Shown: piece after piece, positions 13,498-26,100 of the stretch
How the letters are laid out: every line of letters starts with the position of its first letter
How positions within the stretch are numbered: position 1 is the first letter of the stretch
NCBI GenBank assembly: GCA_051294905.1
Contig: CM119384.1
Coordinates: 7,750,001-7,814,000 of the forward strand
DNA: 64,000 bases
Source: Botryllus schlosseri
Lineage: Eukaryota
Direction of reading: 5' to 3'
The notes under the pieces: model-generated
The model's database searches: none
Told to the model about the DNA's origin: nothing
The model's input: the letters and a program-made list of their open reading frames with translations, nothing else
Program-made: the position numbers and the translations under genes

Positions 13498-16400
13498 GTT
13501 TAGAGGAAGTAAAAGTTAACGCTCTAAAATCATAGCCACTCTAGTGAGTTTAAGTAGTGCAAGTGCGCAATATCTACTGCTTCTAAAAGGTAAAGACTTC
13601 GTTACTGACCAAATCTGGTTGCAAATAACCGGAATTTAAAACCAAAGTCACTGATTTTCCATTCAGCAAAAGGTACGCTCAGAACTGCACGTTTTGGCGC
13701 ATAATAACCGCTTCATATTCGACTCTTACTCATTCGAATATTCACGCGTAGGGCGCCCCTTACGAGAGCGCCCTATCGCGGCGGACGGACTCAACACCGC
13801 GGTCTCATTTGGCCGAAGCGTACTCCGCTGTTTTTGCACATTTCGATTTCCGCATTCCGGCACTTAGCCCGCCTTTTTCCGCGCGGTTTCGGTTATAAGT
13901 CCGCGATAACAGCGCGGCTCAATCAATCACCCTGCCGATATGTGCGCGCCCGCCGAGGGTTAAGATTCTCCGAAAGTGTCTCGCGTCGAAAATATTTGCT
14001 TTGTGGATTCGTCACACGGCCGGGCTTGTTTGCTTAACAATTGGCGTATGGTGTTTTTTAATAACGCGCCGCCCACAGGAGATGCCGATAGCATCCTGCG
14101 TGCCGTGTTTACACGCTTTAGCCGACGGCCGGAATAGCGTTTGTTGGGTTAGGGGCCGCGATTGTGCTGGGACGGAAAATTACCGCTTGTAAACTGGGGA
14201 TTTCCGGATTCGAGGCTCGGATCCGGATGCCGGTCGATGCAGCCTTCCGTTGTGACTCTAGACGTGGTACGGAACTTCAATATACAATTGTATAATATAT
14301 TCATATTGGAATATGCCTGAATAGTTTCGGCTGACACTCATTAGTAGTCACTTTTTAGTGGAACTTAAGGGAATCGTTTCAAATCATACTCTGATTTAAT
14401 ACAACGATTACGTATGCTCTTATAAAGTATGATTAGTTTAATACTACTACATGTTCCCGACGTCCCAACGGATATTGGAACGCCTATAATTTCATAACAG
14501 AAATGTTGATGGGGAATATTTTACATCACCGAATATCGGACAGGCAGGCTGGCAGACAATTTCTTAATAATTTGCAAAGAAGTAGAACCACGAAGTCAAG
14601 TGCGTACCAACCCCGTAGTATGAACTGGATCAACCCCTGTGGCCTGTGGTATCAAAAAAATATTTTGCGCTGAGCAAATTTACTAGGGCGCCGTTATGTA
14701 AGAAACAAGGCTCAGTTGTACGGCGGTGTGCGCATGCGCATTTGGTCGCGTGACACTTTCCATATCATGTGATGTGATAAATGATAGCAAATCCTCCTTT
14801 TTTTCCGCGCACCCCAAAAGGAGACCGTTTTTAAGCGTTACGTAAATATCGATATTATGCAGGTTAAAGCGCGCGTCACCCTCTATATTCCAAGATTACG
14901 TCACCGCTTGTAGGGTTTTTGCGCGATGTATTTTCGTAACGCCCGCGCTTGCATTATGCATGGAGCAGGCGGGATAAGTTAGCGCGATTAATAGGATGTA
15001 ATAAATACGGAGATATGTTATCGATTTTGGGAAGCCTTCCCCGCCCGGATTCCCTGGAGTGTTTCGGAATTACGGGCCGGATTTAACGTAGACGGCGCAC
15101 AGCGGTCGCGGGAATCACCGGCTAACGGGCAATTATTTGCGCTTATGCTTGTCACGGCATCAGGGTTGTGACTGCGTAGTTTTTTCGTGTAGCGACTGCG
15201 TGTACAATTTTACGTACGGTATTTTGCTCATTGATCAATTGTAAATGCAATACAGATACAGAAGTACTTTGTAAGTCACGATTACTCGGATATTCACTGT
15301 TCACAAACCAGTCAGTGACCCGATTATAGAGCGTTACAAAGCGGCCTCAATTCTCTATAAACCAATATTCACTGGACGACGAAACGCACATCCGCGCGGG
15401 CGATTAGTATTCAAAAATAAGACTTTGCAAAACAAAGACTCATTTGTGTCGCTTACGTCAATGTCTGGTCGAGGTTAAAGCGAGGACATTCAGTCCGTTA
15501 TGTGTTGCGCGCTTTGCAACGTGGGGAAATGTTAAGTTACAATTGAACAATATATTCATATTGAAATAAACCCTGCTATTTTCGGCGGACACTCGACAGG
15601 GCCAAAGTAAAAAGCACCGTGTATAAAGTTCTTCCAAATTTTCTGCTAGTTGCTTACGACTTGCGATCACCCCTGACGAGTGTCAGCCGTAAATATTCCT
15701 GTATATTTCGATATGAACAATGAATATATCATTCAATAGTATGTAAGTTCTGTACGTTAATTTCGATCGACTCGTTCGTGTCGCGTTGTTCAGCTTTCGG
15801 AAATATTGTATCGGGGCCTGAATGATTCGGATTTGTTGCAGGTACCACAATACGCGCAGTGCGTCAATACTCAGAGTTTACTTTTTCCGGTTCGGCTAGT
15901 CTGTTTTAACGCGGTAACGACATCCCTTTATAACTAACTCACGCCTGAGCTAGATTGTCAGCACCGCCGAAAATCAGCGCTTCAGCAGTCTGTTATGTGC
16001 TGTTCCACAGTTGTAAATTAATGATGCGTTCAGCAGACGATACTGTGTCATCATTGTCCACTAGCACGACACAGTAAGCATCACACCTCCACCTGCCTAA
16101 TGTAGGCGTGTTGACACGCCTCTATATGGTTTCCTTCGAGTCAGGAAGAAGCGGTGTCGTGTAGATGCCTCGGCGGCTGTTCTCAGAAGTGAATAATCCA
16201 TCTCCAGTCCGCGCGTGAACGAACAGCTTTCATATGGAATTCGACGTTATGGCGAGCGCGCGCAGTGTTTAATCAGCTGAGCGTGCACTCTCGCTCTCGG
16301 TAGTACTTGGGCGTTCAGGTCTGGTAAAACAGAAACTTGACCGCCAGACGATTCCGTCTGAGCTAAGCGCTTTTGTATCCTCTCTTCGATTCTCTTGTCT

Positions 16401-17009
16401 GCTTTTATTGTTATGATAGCATTTGGAAGGTTTACATGCGGCTAAATTAGTGTTTCATGATCGACAAACAGGTCTCAATTCGCCACTTTCACAATGGTAC
16501 TATTTAATATGCTCTTGAACTCCGCCAAGTCTGCTGTTCTATCTGTGCTGTCACACTTCCTGAGCTACCTGCTTTTTGTTGGTATATTTTCATTTTATTG
16601 AGGCATACAAGATCATAGAAAAAGCTTTATGCGCTTACATTTAAACGTTATGATACAGCGCTAGTTACCTGGCGGCGGGGTTTATCGCGAACTTATTAAC
16701 GCTGAATGCACAAAAAGTGCCTGGGTACTGCCGGAAGTAATTCTATGAGGGATTAATTTGAACAGCAGTGGAGTAGCAACAGATAATTCTACTCTTGCTG
16801 TGCTGTCTTGACAGTTTCTAGGAAATGAAATTTTATGCACTCTACCTACCTCATGATTGTTTGACAGTGGCTGCATCTTTTCCTATCTAATGAAAATTAG
16901 GCTGAAAATTTTTCTCGAATGATGGAATTGTTTTCAATATTGATCTCAAGCTTTGCAAGACTATTGACTATTTTATGTCATGTAATAACAACTTTCCTCT
17001 TGTTTACAG

Positions 17010-17182
17010 AACTGTGTCCTGCGAACTGTCCAGATGCATGTGATACAAACTACCAATGTACTTGTCACAAGCAGTGCATGGCCGGCTGCACGAGTCCCAA
17101 CAATGCCTCCGCCTGCTTAGCGTGTAAAGACAAGTATTACAACAATACCTGTCTCAGCGAATGTCCCAAAGGCAAATATCTG
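17010..17182 (+). CDS. INSR: INSR exon, furin-like Cys-rich domain
   Basis: tttacag|..[34 protein letters not shown]|gtaaga. Confidence 0.92.
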
Positions 17183-20100
17183 GTAAGATATGCCACTAGT
17201 GTCCGATTTAATCATAATTTTAACTTGACATTTATTGGAAAATTTATGAAGGTAATTCTCCATTTGCAAACGCTTTGGAGCCCTTGAAACACCTCAAAGT
17301 TTTCTCAAGTTTTTAAGTGGATAAAAAAGTGGGTTTCACGTGACATTAACTCAGAACTGAACAGTCAACACAATGACTTGGACTCGAGTCAAAACACTAT
17401 GACTTGGACTCGTTGGTGAATTGAAAATGACTCGCCTTGACTCGAGTCAAAACTATAAAAGTGTAATTGACTTGTGACTCAGAACCTTGTGACTTGGTTA
17501 CAACCCTGCATCCGTTCCATTGATTGCGTCGCCGATCTACATGGACTTTGACGAGCTGTTGAATGTTTACCAAACAGTTATTTGTGTGTCCCCTGCAGCT
17601 ACCTGCATTGCATGAACAGATGTTACGCGCTTGAAGTGGTGCGACCATGTTTTTTCACGGTCAATATTTGAAAACATTTAACGACAGTTGGACGACGAGT
17701 TTAACGCCGCAAACAAAAGTAAAACTTTCGACGTCGCCACTCTTTTCAACGGCGCTACTTGAAGCTCTAGGAGCGCACCATTGTTTTTTAACGGGCCCGC
17801 TCGTTTCGAGTGTGGTAACGTTTCTATTTACGCTGCTACTCAGGGCACTCGATCTCCTTTGATGGTATAACTAGGGGTGTAACGCTTCCTGATTGCGTTA
17901 TCAATGTTGTTTACCAATATACCGATGAACAAGTGTAATGTCGCGATGATGATCACGAATCGATTTGTCACAAATTAAGTACAAAGATTATTTGCTGTCT
18001 ATCAATACAGGCATAGTTATTGTTAACATTCGCGGATTTAGGTTAGCATCATAGTCGCGACGTATTTTAATTCAAGAATGCACTCTTTAATACTTTGTTG
18101 TGTGCGGTAGTACACCTTTCCGTGCTATTACTACAGACGCTGAGTGCTTCATTTTAGATTCTAAACAAGTTACGTGGGTTTTTGAACGGTGAACATGGCT
18201 GAAAGGTCCATTAGTCGGGATTAAAATCTGCCTTTCTGTGGTTTGACTGTTTGAAACGGGTGTTTTATCTCGGTGTTTTATCTCGGCCTTGTCTAAGCGA
18301 AACAGTGTACTGACAGATGGAGGGGGCGTGACTAATAGAGTGGGAGTCGCCAGGGATTGAATTTTCGTTTTTTGAGGTGTAGTTCCAAGCTTCTTATGTC
18401 ACGTTGTTGTTAATGTTGTTGTAATGACTCGTCTCGAGTCAAGATTTTCTGGTGACTCGACCTGACTCGAGTCGTTTTCTCAAAATACAGAAATGACTCG
18501 ACTCGAGTCAATCTGTGTATTGACTCGACTTGGACTAGAGTCATTACGCACGACTCGAACCAAGTCATATGACTCGAGAGACTCAGACGACCAAGACCGA
18601 CATTTCATTGCAATTTTGAATAATAATAAAGTAACCATCTATTAGGATTTTGTATTGGTACTGGTAATTGAGAATGCGACCAGAAACTGCTAAAAGTGAG
18701 GAAAATTAGTATATTAAAAATGCGAACCATTCGATATAACCAAACGGAGTTATAAAAAGTGGGTTTAACAAGACTTTAACTGAAAACTGAGCAGTCAACA
18801 CAATTAATTTGACCCAGACTCGAATAATAATACCATGACTCGGACTTGACCCTCTGCTCGCTGACTTAGACTCGGACTTGACTCGGTGTTGAAACTATAA
18901 AAGTGAGATTGACTAGTGACTCGGAGCCTTGTGGTGTGTATTTGAGATAGCTGAAGTCGGCAAGGGATCCTTACGCAAAGGTAGTCATCGTGTGTCGATA
19001 ACCTCATTCAGATCCACGGCTGGCTTTGCATCGAAAGCGAGGAATGTCAGAAACTGGACTGGAACTTCTACAACGGCACGTGCGTCGACATGTGCCCGAG
19101 CGGCTTTCAAGTCAACTTCACCGACTGTCGCCGAATATGCACCAAATGTCCCACGGAGGACTGCGGAGAAGGTGGGTTTCGAACATTCTAAAAGGAATCC
19201 TGAAAAATCCGGGATTAATATTTTCAAATGAACGATCTTGCAGACTGCTTCGGCGATTATACAATCGACAAGCTGGAGTCCCTGCATCAAGTGGACGGCT
19301 GTCGTTCCATAAGCGGGATGTTGACCATCTCCATCAATGGCGGATGTGAGTTGGTTTTATATCTGTGACTGGTTTGCGTTTTCAATGCACTCTGCCCCAC
19401 AAATATTAGTGAGGCGTCCGTGTACGTTGTAAAAGATCGAATTTTTCTCACAAAATCGATCTACATCTTATCCTTATGTAACGCTAGAAATAGAAGTTAT
19501 GCTTTCTCATACTTATTATCCTGTTATTCTGTTATATGCTGAGCTGAGGATTTTTGTGTTAATCCTAATACTATGGACTATACAGTTAAGTATCTGGTGT
19601 GTAATGTCGTAGTATGCCGTGTTTATAAGTTTACTCTGTGTTGCGTCAGTAAATTTTCGCTATGATCTCGGACTTAGAAATAAGGGTATTGCAGATGGCA
19701 CTATCCTGTACAAGACAGCCGTATTAATCGTGAATGGGTTATCTTTATGCTTGTGTAAACGTGTAAGCTTATGTTTCTACTGCTATCCGCCCAGGGAGAT
19801 TATATTTGCATACTACGGAATCGGTGTGAGACGGGTATTTGATTAGCGTTGCCAAACTTGAATTAGAATCTTTACAAGTGAATCCGAGCGTTACTTGAAG
19901 ATGATTTTCCGTCAGTCTCCGGTGCGTGAATGGGTCGATATACTGTGAATGGGTCTATTGTAGTTTCAGTTTCACTCTTTTGTGTCATGAAATCTCGTCA
20001 AACTACATGTTTGATGCAATTATTAGCAGTTTTGAAGAAGAATCATGTTCGAGAAAATGCTTCTTAGTTTAGAACTATTTGTGAACCAAACTGACCTATG

Positions 20101-23100
20101 TCCTAATGAGGCTCAAAAGTGGGTAGGTCTTGTTTTGAGGAACTAAAAATTGTGTTATCTACACCGTATGCACCACTTATTGTGTATTGATAGTGTGCCG
20201 GTTTGTGACATAGTGCAGTTTGGTTTCCTAACAATGCATAAAGTAGTAAGGATGTGTTGTCTCGCTATACCGTGTAATCCCTTGCAATAGTTTGTACGTT
20301 TCTTTCTAGCAAAACGTGATCTCTTTCTTTCAGCCGACGTGGTGGAAAGGTTGGATTCGGTGCTCAAGGATCTGGAGGTCGTGGGTTCCATTTCCGTTCG
20401 GCAGTCGTTTCCGTTGGTGACGATGTCGTTTCTGAAAAATTTGAAACGAATCACCGGCGACAACATGCAGGACGAGTGAGACACGTTTTCTTCAATTTCT
20501 AGTTATCTTTGGTAAATTAGGTCATCCCTTATTCAGTACTTGCTGGAGGTGATCTGTAGGGCAAGGGCTTTAATTTTCACAAATTGCACATTGCATCGAG
20601 AAAAAAAACTTGCAAAAAGTTGCATGAAAAGACGAAGAAAAGTTGCTATATAAGATTCCACCAAACGGCTTCAAACACCATACTACATAACTTCCGAGTA
20701 TTTAGGAAGCTGCCGGAAGTTGTAGAAAAAGTTGCAAAGACTTGCCCTAGTGATCAGTAATGAAGTACTTCAACTTTTTCAACGTGCTCAAGTAGAGAAA
20801 TTTACTAGTGACGAAAAGTCCGGGCCGCTTTGATGGTCTGAATTCAAAATCCGACCCCCCATGTCGCAGAGTGTTCAGCGTCTACTTCCTGGAGAATCAG
20901 AACCTGAAGGAGCTGTGGAACATGAGCGATCTGACGATAGAGCGCGGTAAAGCCTTCTTCCACTTCAACCCCAAGCTGTGCCGCAGCGTCATTTCGGGCT
21001 TGGAACGCCTGACCCCCGACAAGGAGGACGCGATGGACATCAGCAACGTCACAAACGGCGACAAGGGAACATGTGAGATTAAATTGTGTGGTCCTAGTTT
21101 TTTAATTTTTTTCGAATTTTTCCCCAAGTTTTTTCAGATTGCGTGCCGCTGATTTTTTCTTACTATACTGCGTCTTAACAGGCTTGTCCAACCGGGGTAT
21201 AAAATTACTTGCAGCTCATCGAAGATCATGTCCAGGCTCAAATGTACCCCCATGATTGCTACATCGAACCCTCGCGAACGTCACTCTTTTTCTTACATTG
21301 CGCATGTTGTTGCAGGCGACATTGTGCCCATCAAGCTCCTCGGAGTGGAGATCTACTCCACCAAGCCTTTTGCGATCGTGAGATGGGAAAATTATACTCC
21401 GAGAGACGACAGGACTTTGATCGGCTATCAAGTCTATTACCAAGAATCGTAAGCAATTTACAGTTAATTGATCAAAAACTGCATATTATGCTGGGGTGGT
21501 CAGTTATGAAGTAGGTCTACTTCTACTTTTTTGAGACACTCAAGTAGGTTTTGCAGACTTTCTCTACTTCTGAAGCGTTTTTTTGCACTCTTTAAATAGT
21601 AGAAATTAGTTTTGGAGCAAGTTTGCATTGCCTTTTAGAGTGAAATTATCGTGAACGCATGTTGCAACACTCCTGTGATTAAATTATGTTTGTCATTAGC
21701 GTGCACAGACGCATTTTGGGGGCGTGTAACTGAGGGTAAACACTGACCGCTTTGGCGTTATGCGTTAGAAATTTCAAATGGCGGTAATGTAAGTGTTGTC
21801 TTTTATGTCTCTTCCGTTAGCCTTATTCGAGTCCATAACTCCTTGTCTGTGCATAAATTAATTCGCTTTCCATCAATGCAAATCAGCGGGCGTGAACCCG
21901 GCGTGGTGCGGGCTTGCGGTAGGCGTGTCGGTGCACCTTTTCGCGGCCATATTGATTATTGTTGAGATGGAAGATATTCCGAGTAACACGGGAGTTGTGT
22001 CGATGGTAGGCTTTGTCGGGAATATTCTCACGGTTTGGGCGAAGATAGCGGCCTCGGAATTATGGGGAATTGAAACTTTTCGAGATTGCTGTGACGATAG
22101 CAAGTTTCGATCTTTTATTTGCAGGCCGGAGAAAGACGCGGAGATGTACGACGGAGTTGATGCTTGCCGATTGAACAGGTGAGGGGCGGCAGCCGTCTTG
22201 CGAATTGTGCTTTCATGTCTGCTACCAACCGCGTTGCACGCGGGAGCAATATGGTTTTCGGGATGCCTAATTTCCTTTTTTTTTGGCAACTGCATGTACC
22301 CCCAAGATTCAGGAAGTTAATGGCTAAAACGCTGCTTAACGACTAAAAATAGGTCATCATTTTACCCTAGTCTCTATTTAGGCTGTTTGATGCCTGAAAA
22401 GCTACGTGATGACGTTCACTGTCGAAGGACAGGCTAGCTGTGTAGTTTTTTGAGGCATTTCAACATTGCTGTTTCACAGACCCCCTAAAACTAGCTCGAT
22501 GATTCCAGTTTAAAAACCACCGGTCTACAAGATTTAGAATCGGAAATATGAAACCCCTTGTGGGTCTGCAGACTAGTTTTAAGGGATACAACAGCGAAGG
22601 CCAATGTTGAAATCTATAAAACTACCTATTTAATCTGCTTATGAGATCTGTCCTTACGCCAGAAACTCCCAGTAGCCTGACTGCAAAGCATTGTTAATTT
22701 GTAAACTAATAAAGAAAAAGGTTTTCACTTTCACTTTTACTAATCACAACCTCGTTCCCAAAAATAAAGATGAACTAAGGACTCGAGTCAAATGAAATCA
22801 CAAATCTCAGAAATAAAGGGCAATATAGTTTTATAAGACATCGCCTTACAAATAAGAACAGATCCTAGAAATAAGGTGTTTAAGGCAGCCATGCTTATGT
22901 CCCTTATTTTCCGCAGCTCACGATAGCCACACGGTCAATACGAACACTAATAATAATAGATAGTTTTTAGTCATCAGCTTCCCGAATTTCGTGGTTAGGA
23001 GGTCCGCACAACGATTTTTGGGTTAAGAAGCCCTGTGTTAAATATTCCTCGCTACTTGGTCTAGCTGGACAGTAATAGAGCTGCTCAAGACGTCTCGCAA

Positions 23101-26100
23101 GACGCCGCGTTACTTTTCTCTGGAGGATTTTGAGGCCGCAAACTTCACGGGCAACTTCACTCTGGACTTCGACGGCCCCGTCACCGATTCCAACTTGCTG
23201 CTGCCGGCGTTGAAGGCCTTCACGCAGTACGCTTACTACGTGCGGGCCTACACCACGTCTCGCGCGGGCGCCATATCGGCGATTGAATATTTCAAGACCA
23301 ATCCAGCGCGTAAGTTTCTCGAATGTTGGCGGAACTGTATTCTATATTCTGTCTGTATTCGGTATTTCGTAAGATTTCCTTCGTAATCCCGCCTGAGTGG
23401 AATTGTCGTGACAACGGGGCGATACATCCCCCGTATCTCAGAGACTGGATAGATTTTCGAAAATTGCACCTCGTAGTTATGTCATTTCAAATTTTCATTC
23501 ATATTCATTTTGGGAATTTTTAAACTTCGTTATGGGAATGAAAAAACTTGGTTTCGGAAATCTTCATTCTTCATTTTGGCATTTTGCTACTCCTAATTGT
23601 GATCGAGTAGAAATTTACATCGCGTTCCTTCGCAGGGCCGTCCAGTCCGATGTCTCTGAGAGTTACCGGCTCCAGCAATTCCACGATCGACTTGAAGTGG
23701 GATTTGCCAGCGACGCCCAACGGCAACATCACGCATTACATCATCGAGTGGCAGCGGCAGCACGAAGAGCTGGATAACGTACGGTCCTCGGACACCTGTC
23801 GGAGAGGTAATTTGCTGACAAGGACTGGTCACTAGTGAATCCTGCATTTTGAATTATCACTTTGGTGATTCAGCAGTCAACGGACCCAAATTTGTTATCC
23901 TAACACAACCCTGCCTCCTAACCTGAATTCATCAATACGTACATACCCAGTAGGGATGTCCTAAAATGATCTTTTTTCTCAAATTGTACTGGCTACTTGA
24001 TAAAATTGATAGGTTACTTAATTAAAGGCTGCACACTAAATTTGGTTCATTTCCAACCGATAGTTATTTATTTGGAGATAAATTTCAAAAATTTTTGTTC
24101 GCCCCATGAAATTGTTAGGTTGTCTATAGAAACAATGCTCAAATGCTCACCAAATTTGGCTCAATTCCAACCAGTGGAAGCGGAGTTATTGTAGTTGAAA
24201 AATTTGGATTTGAATAAAATGGTACGGTATTTACGGTGGCAAATTCTTCAGTTCGGCCCACCGTAAATACTATGATTTGAAATCTCAAATTTTGAACATC
24301 GACAACTCTGTTTCTACTGGTTCGAATCGAGTCAAACTCGTTGTGCATCGTTTGTTTCAGACAATGTAACAATTTCATGGGAAACCGGTAGAATTTGAAA
24401 AAAAAATTACATTCGTTTTTATTAAATAAATCCAAAACTTTTTGTCCTGTAGCAAGGCCACAATAGGTTGAACTTGAGCCAAAATTGCTGTGCAGCATTC
24501 TTTTAGGTAACCTAACCATTTTATCAAGTAGCCAGTACAGTTTGAAAGTAAAAGTCAACCCAAGATTGCTTGCATAATAATAGTTCTCGCTTATATTTAG
24601 TGCAACATTTATTTTTGAATTCATCACTTCTGTAATAATAATGTTTTATTTCACATTCATATTCAACGAGACAATCATTTTACAAATTGTTTAGACAATA
24701 TTGTTACTTCTTTTCCATATAATAATGGTGATTGTATTTCCAAGGCCAAATTCACTTGGTGCCGTATATCACAATTTCACGTTCCTAGCCTATTCGATGA
24801 AACATGAATTTGTGTGAAGTTATTAATACAATATCGGTGCATCTCTTACATAATAATAACAGTGTTACGTTTCTAATCCTGAATTGACCAAGTGTTGAAT
24901 TCACCTGTAACCCTAAGACTACACGATTGGGAATCTGTGTAACGTGGTACGTTAACTCTGCAGGTATCGCCCCCAGCGTAGAGATGGAGCATAACCCGGC
25001 CACCGTAAAGCCTACCGTCAGCACGCCGGCTTTGGACGACGAAAAACAGGTCGGTTGTTTAAAATCGCGTTGTGGTTTCTAGAATTTCGAAATAAGTACG
25101 GAAAAGATCGCGCAAATTTCCCTGTTAAATAATTGATTGGCGAACGAATGTTTTTGTCTAGTGTCCGAAGACTTGCGACTGCGAAGCCAAGGTGCCGCTC
25201 GAAAACAAGGTGGAGCACGCGAAGGAATCGACCATGTTTGAGAATTTTCTGCAGGACCACCTTTTCCGACCGTAAGTACAATCTAGTGGCTGGCCCACAT
25301 TGAAATTTACAACAACGTTATTTGTCCCTTTTTCTGACGATATTCTCAAAATCTGTTGTCGGCGTTGATATCCTGGTCCGTCTTTGATAATGAATCGTGT
25401 CATTTGATCCCTTCTGTATTCAGTGACCCGGAAACTATTGATTTTTATGACGACGGACCAATCATGGAAGGCAATATCGCTAGGTAAGTTATCCATCCAA
25501 GTTAACGTGCCTTTCAGGTATGCGAGATCTTCTTTCACTTAATCCGTGTTACACTGGACATTCAGAGGCTTGAAAACAAAAGAAATTTCAGACGCATAAT
25601 TCTAACGTTTCCGCCGAATGGAACGTTATGTATGTTGCTCAATAAAAAAGAAAAAACTCATGACTGAATAAAGACGAATTTTATAAAATAAAGAGAACGT
25701 AGTTTTAGAAGACATACATCACCATTCAGAATACGGACAAATCTTAAGAAATAAGGACGGTATGACATACCATGTGTATAAGACAAGTTCATTACATGAA
25801 ATGAATGAATTGTTTTTCAATTTCCTCATAAAACCGTCTCGTCATCGACACCGTGCTTTGTTACAGAAAAAAGAGGTCCTTGTACGAGCGACCTTCAAAT
25901 TATTCCATCGAGGCAAATTCCACAGGTGAGTCAAGTCTGGACTGCTAGAAAAATAGCTGGAATCGTATCATTATGATATCATGTTTTTAGATTCAGTTGC
26001 GACAGACGCACCTCCCGGTAATGAAAGTGACGCGTCGGTGCCCGTGGTGAAAGAGTACCCCAAATACCGCATGGTTGTATCGGGCCAGACCGCCACGTTG

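Larger units (their letters stand above)
1..17009 (+). other. Probable large intron of the insulin-receptor gene (upstream exons outside window)
   Basis: No L1-domain or signal-peptide exon found by manual scan. The first receptor exon starts in phase 1 at (K/E)LCPANC, where vertebrate INSR exon 3 begins. Region is repeat-rich with no convincing ORF. Confidence 0.65.

Noticed and set aside
17330-18930. GACTCG/GACTTGGACTCG repeats resembling a CRISPR-like array
   Set aside because: Irregular spacing, no unique spacers, eukaryotic intron; matches the subterminal arrays of the TIR/TSD-bounded element at 61997-62475.
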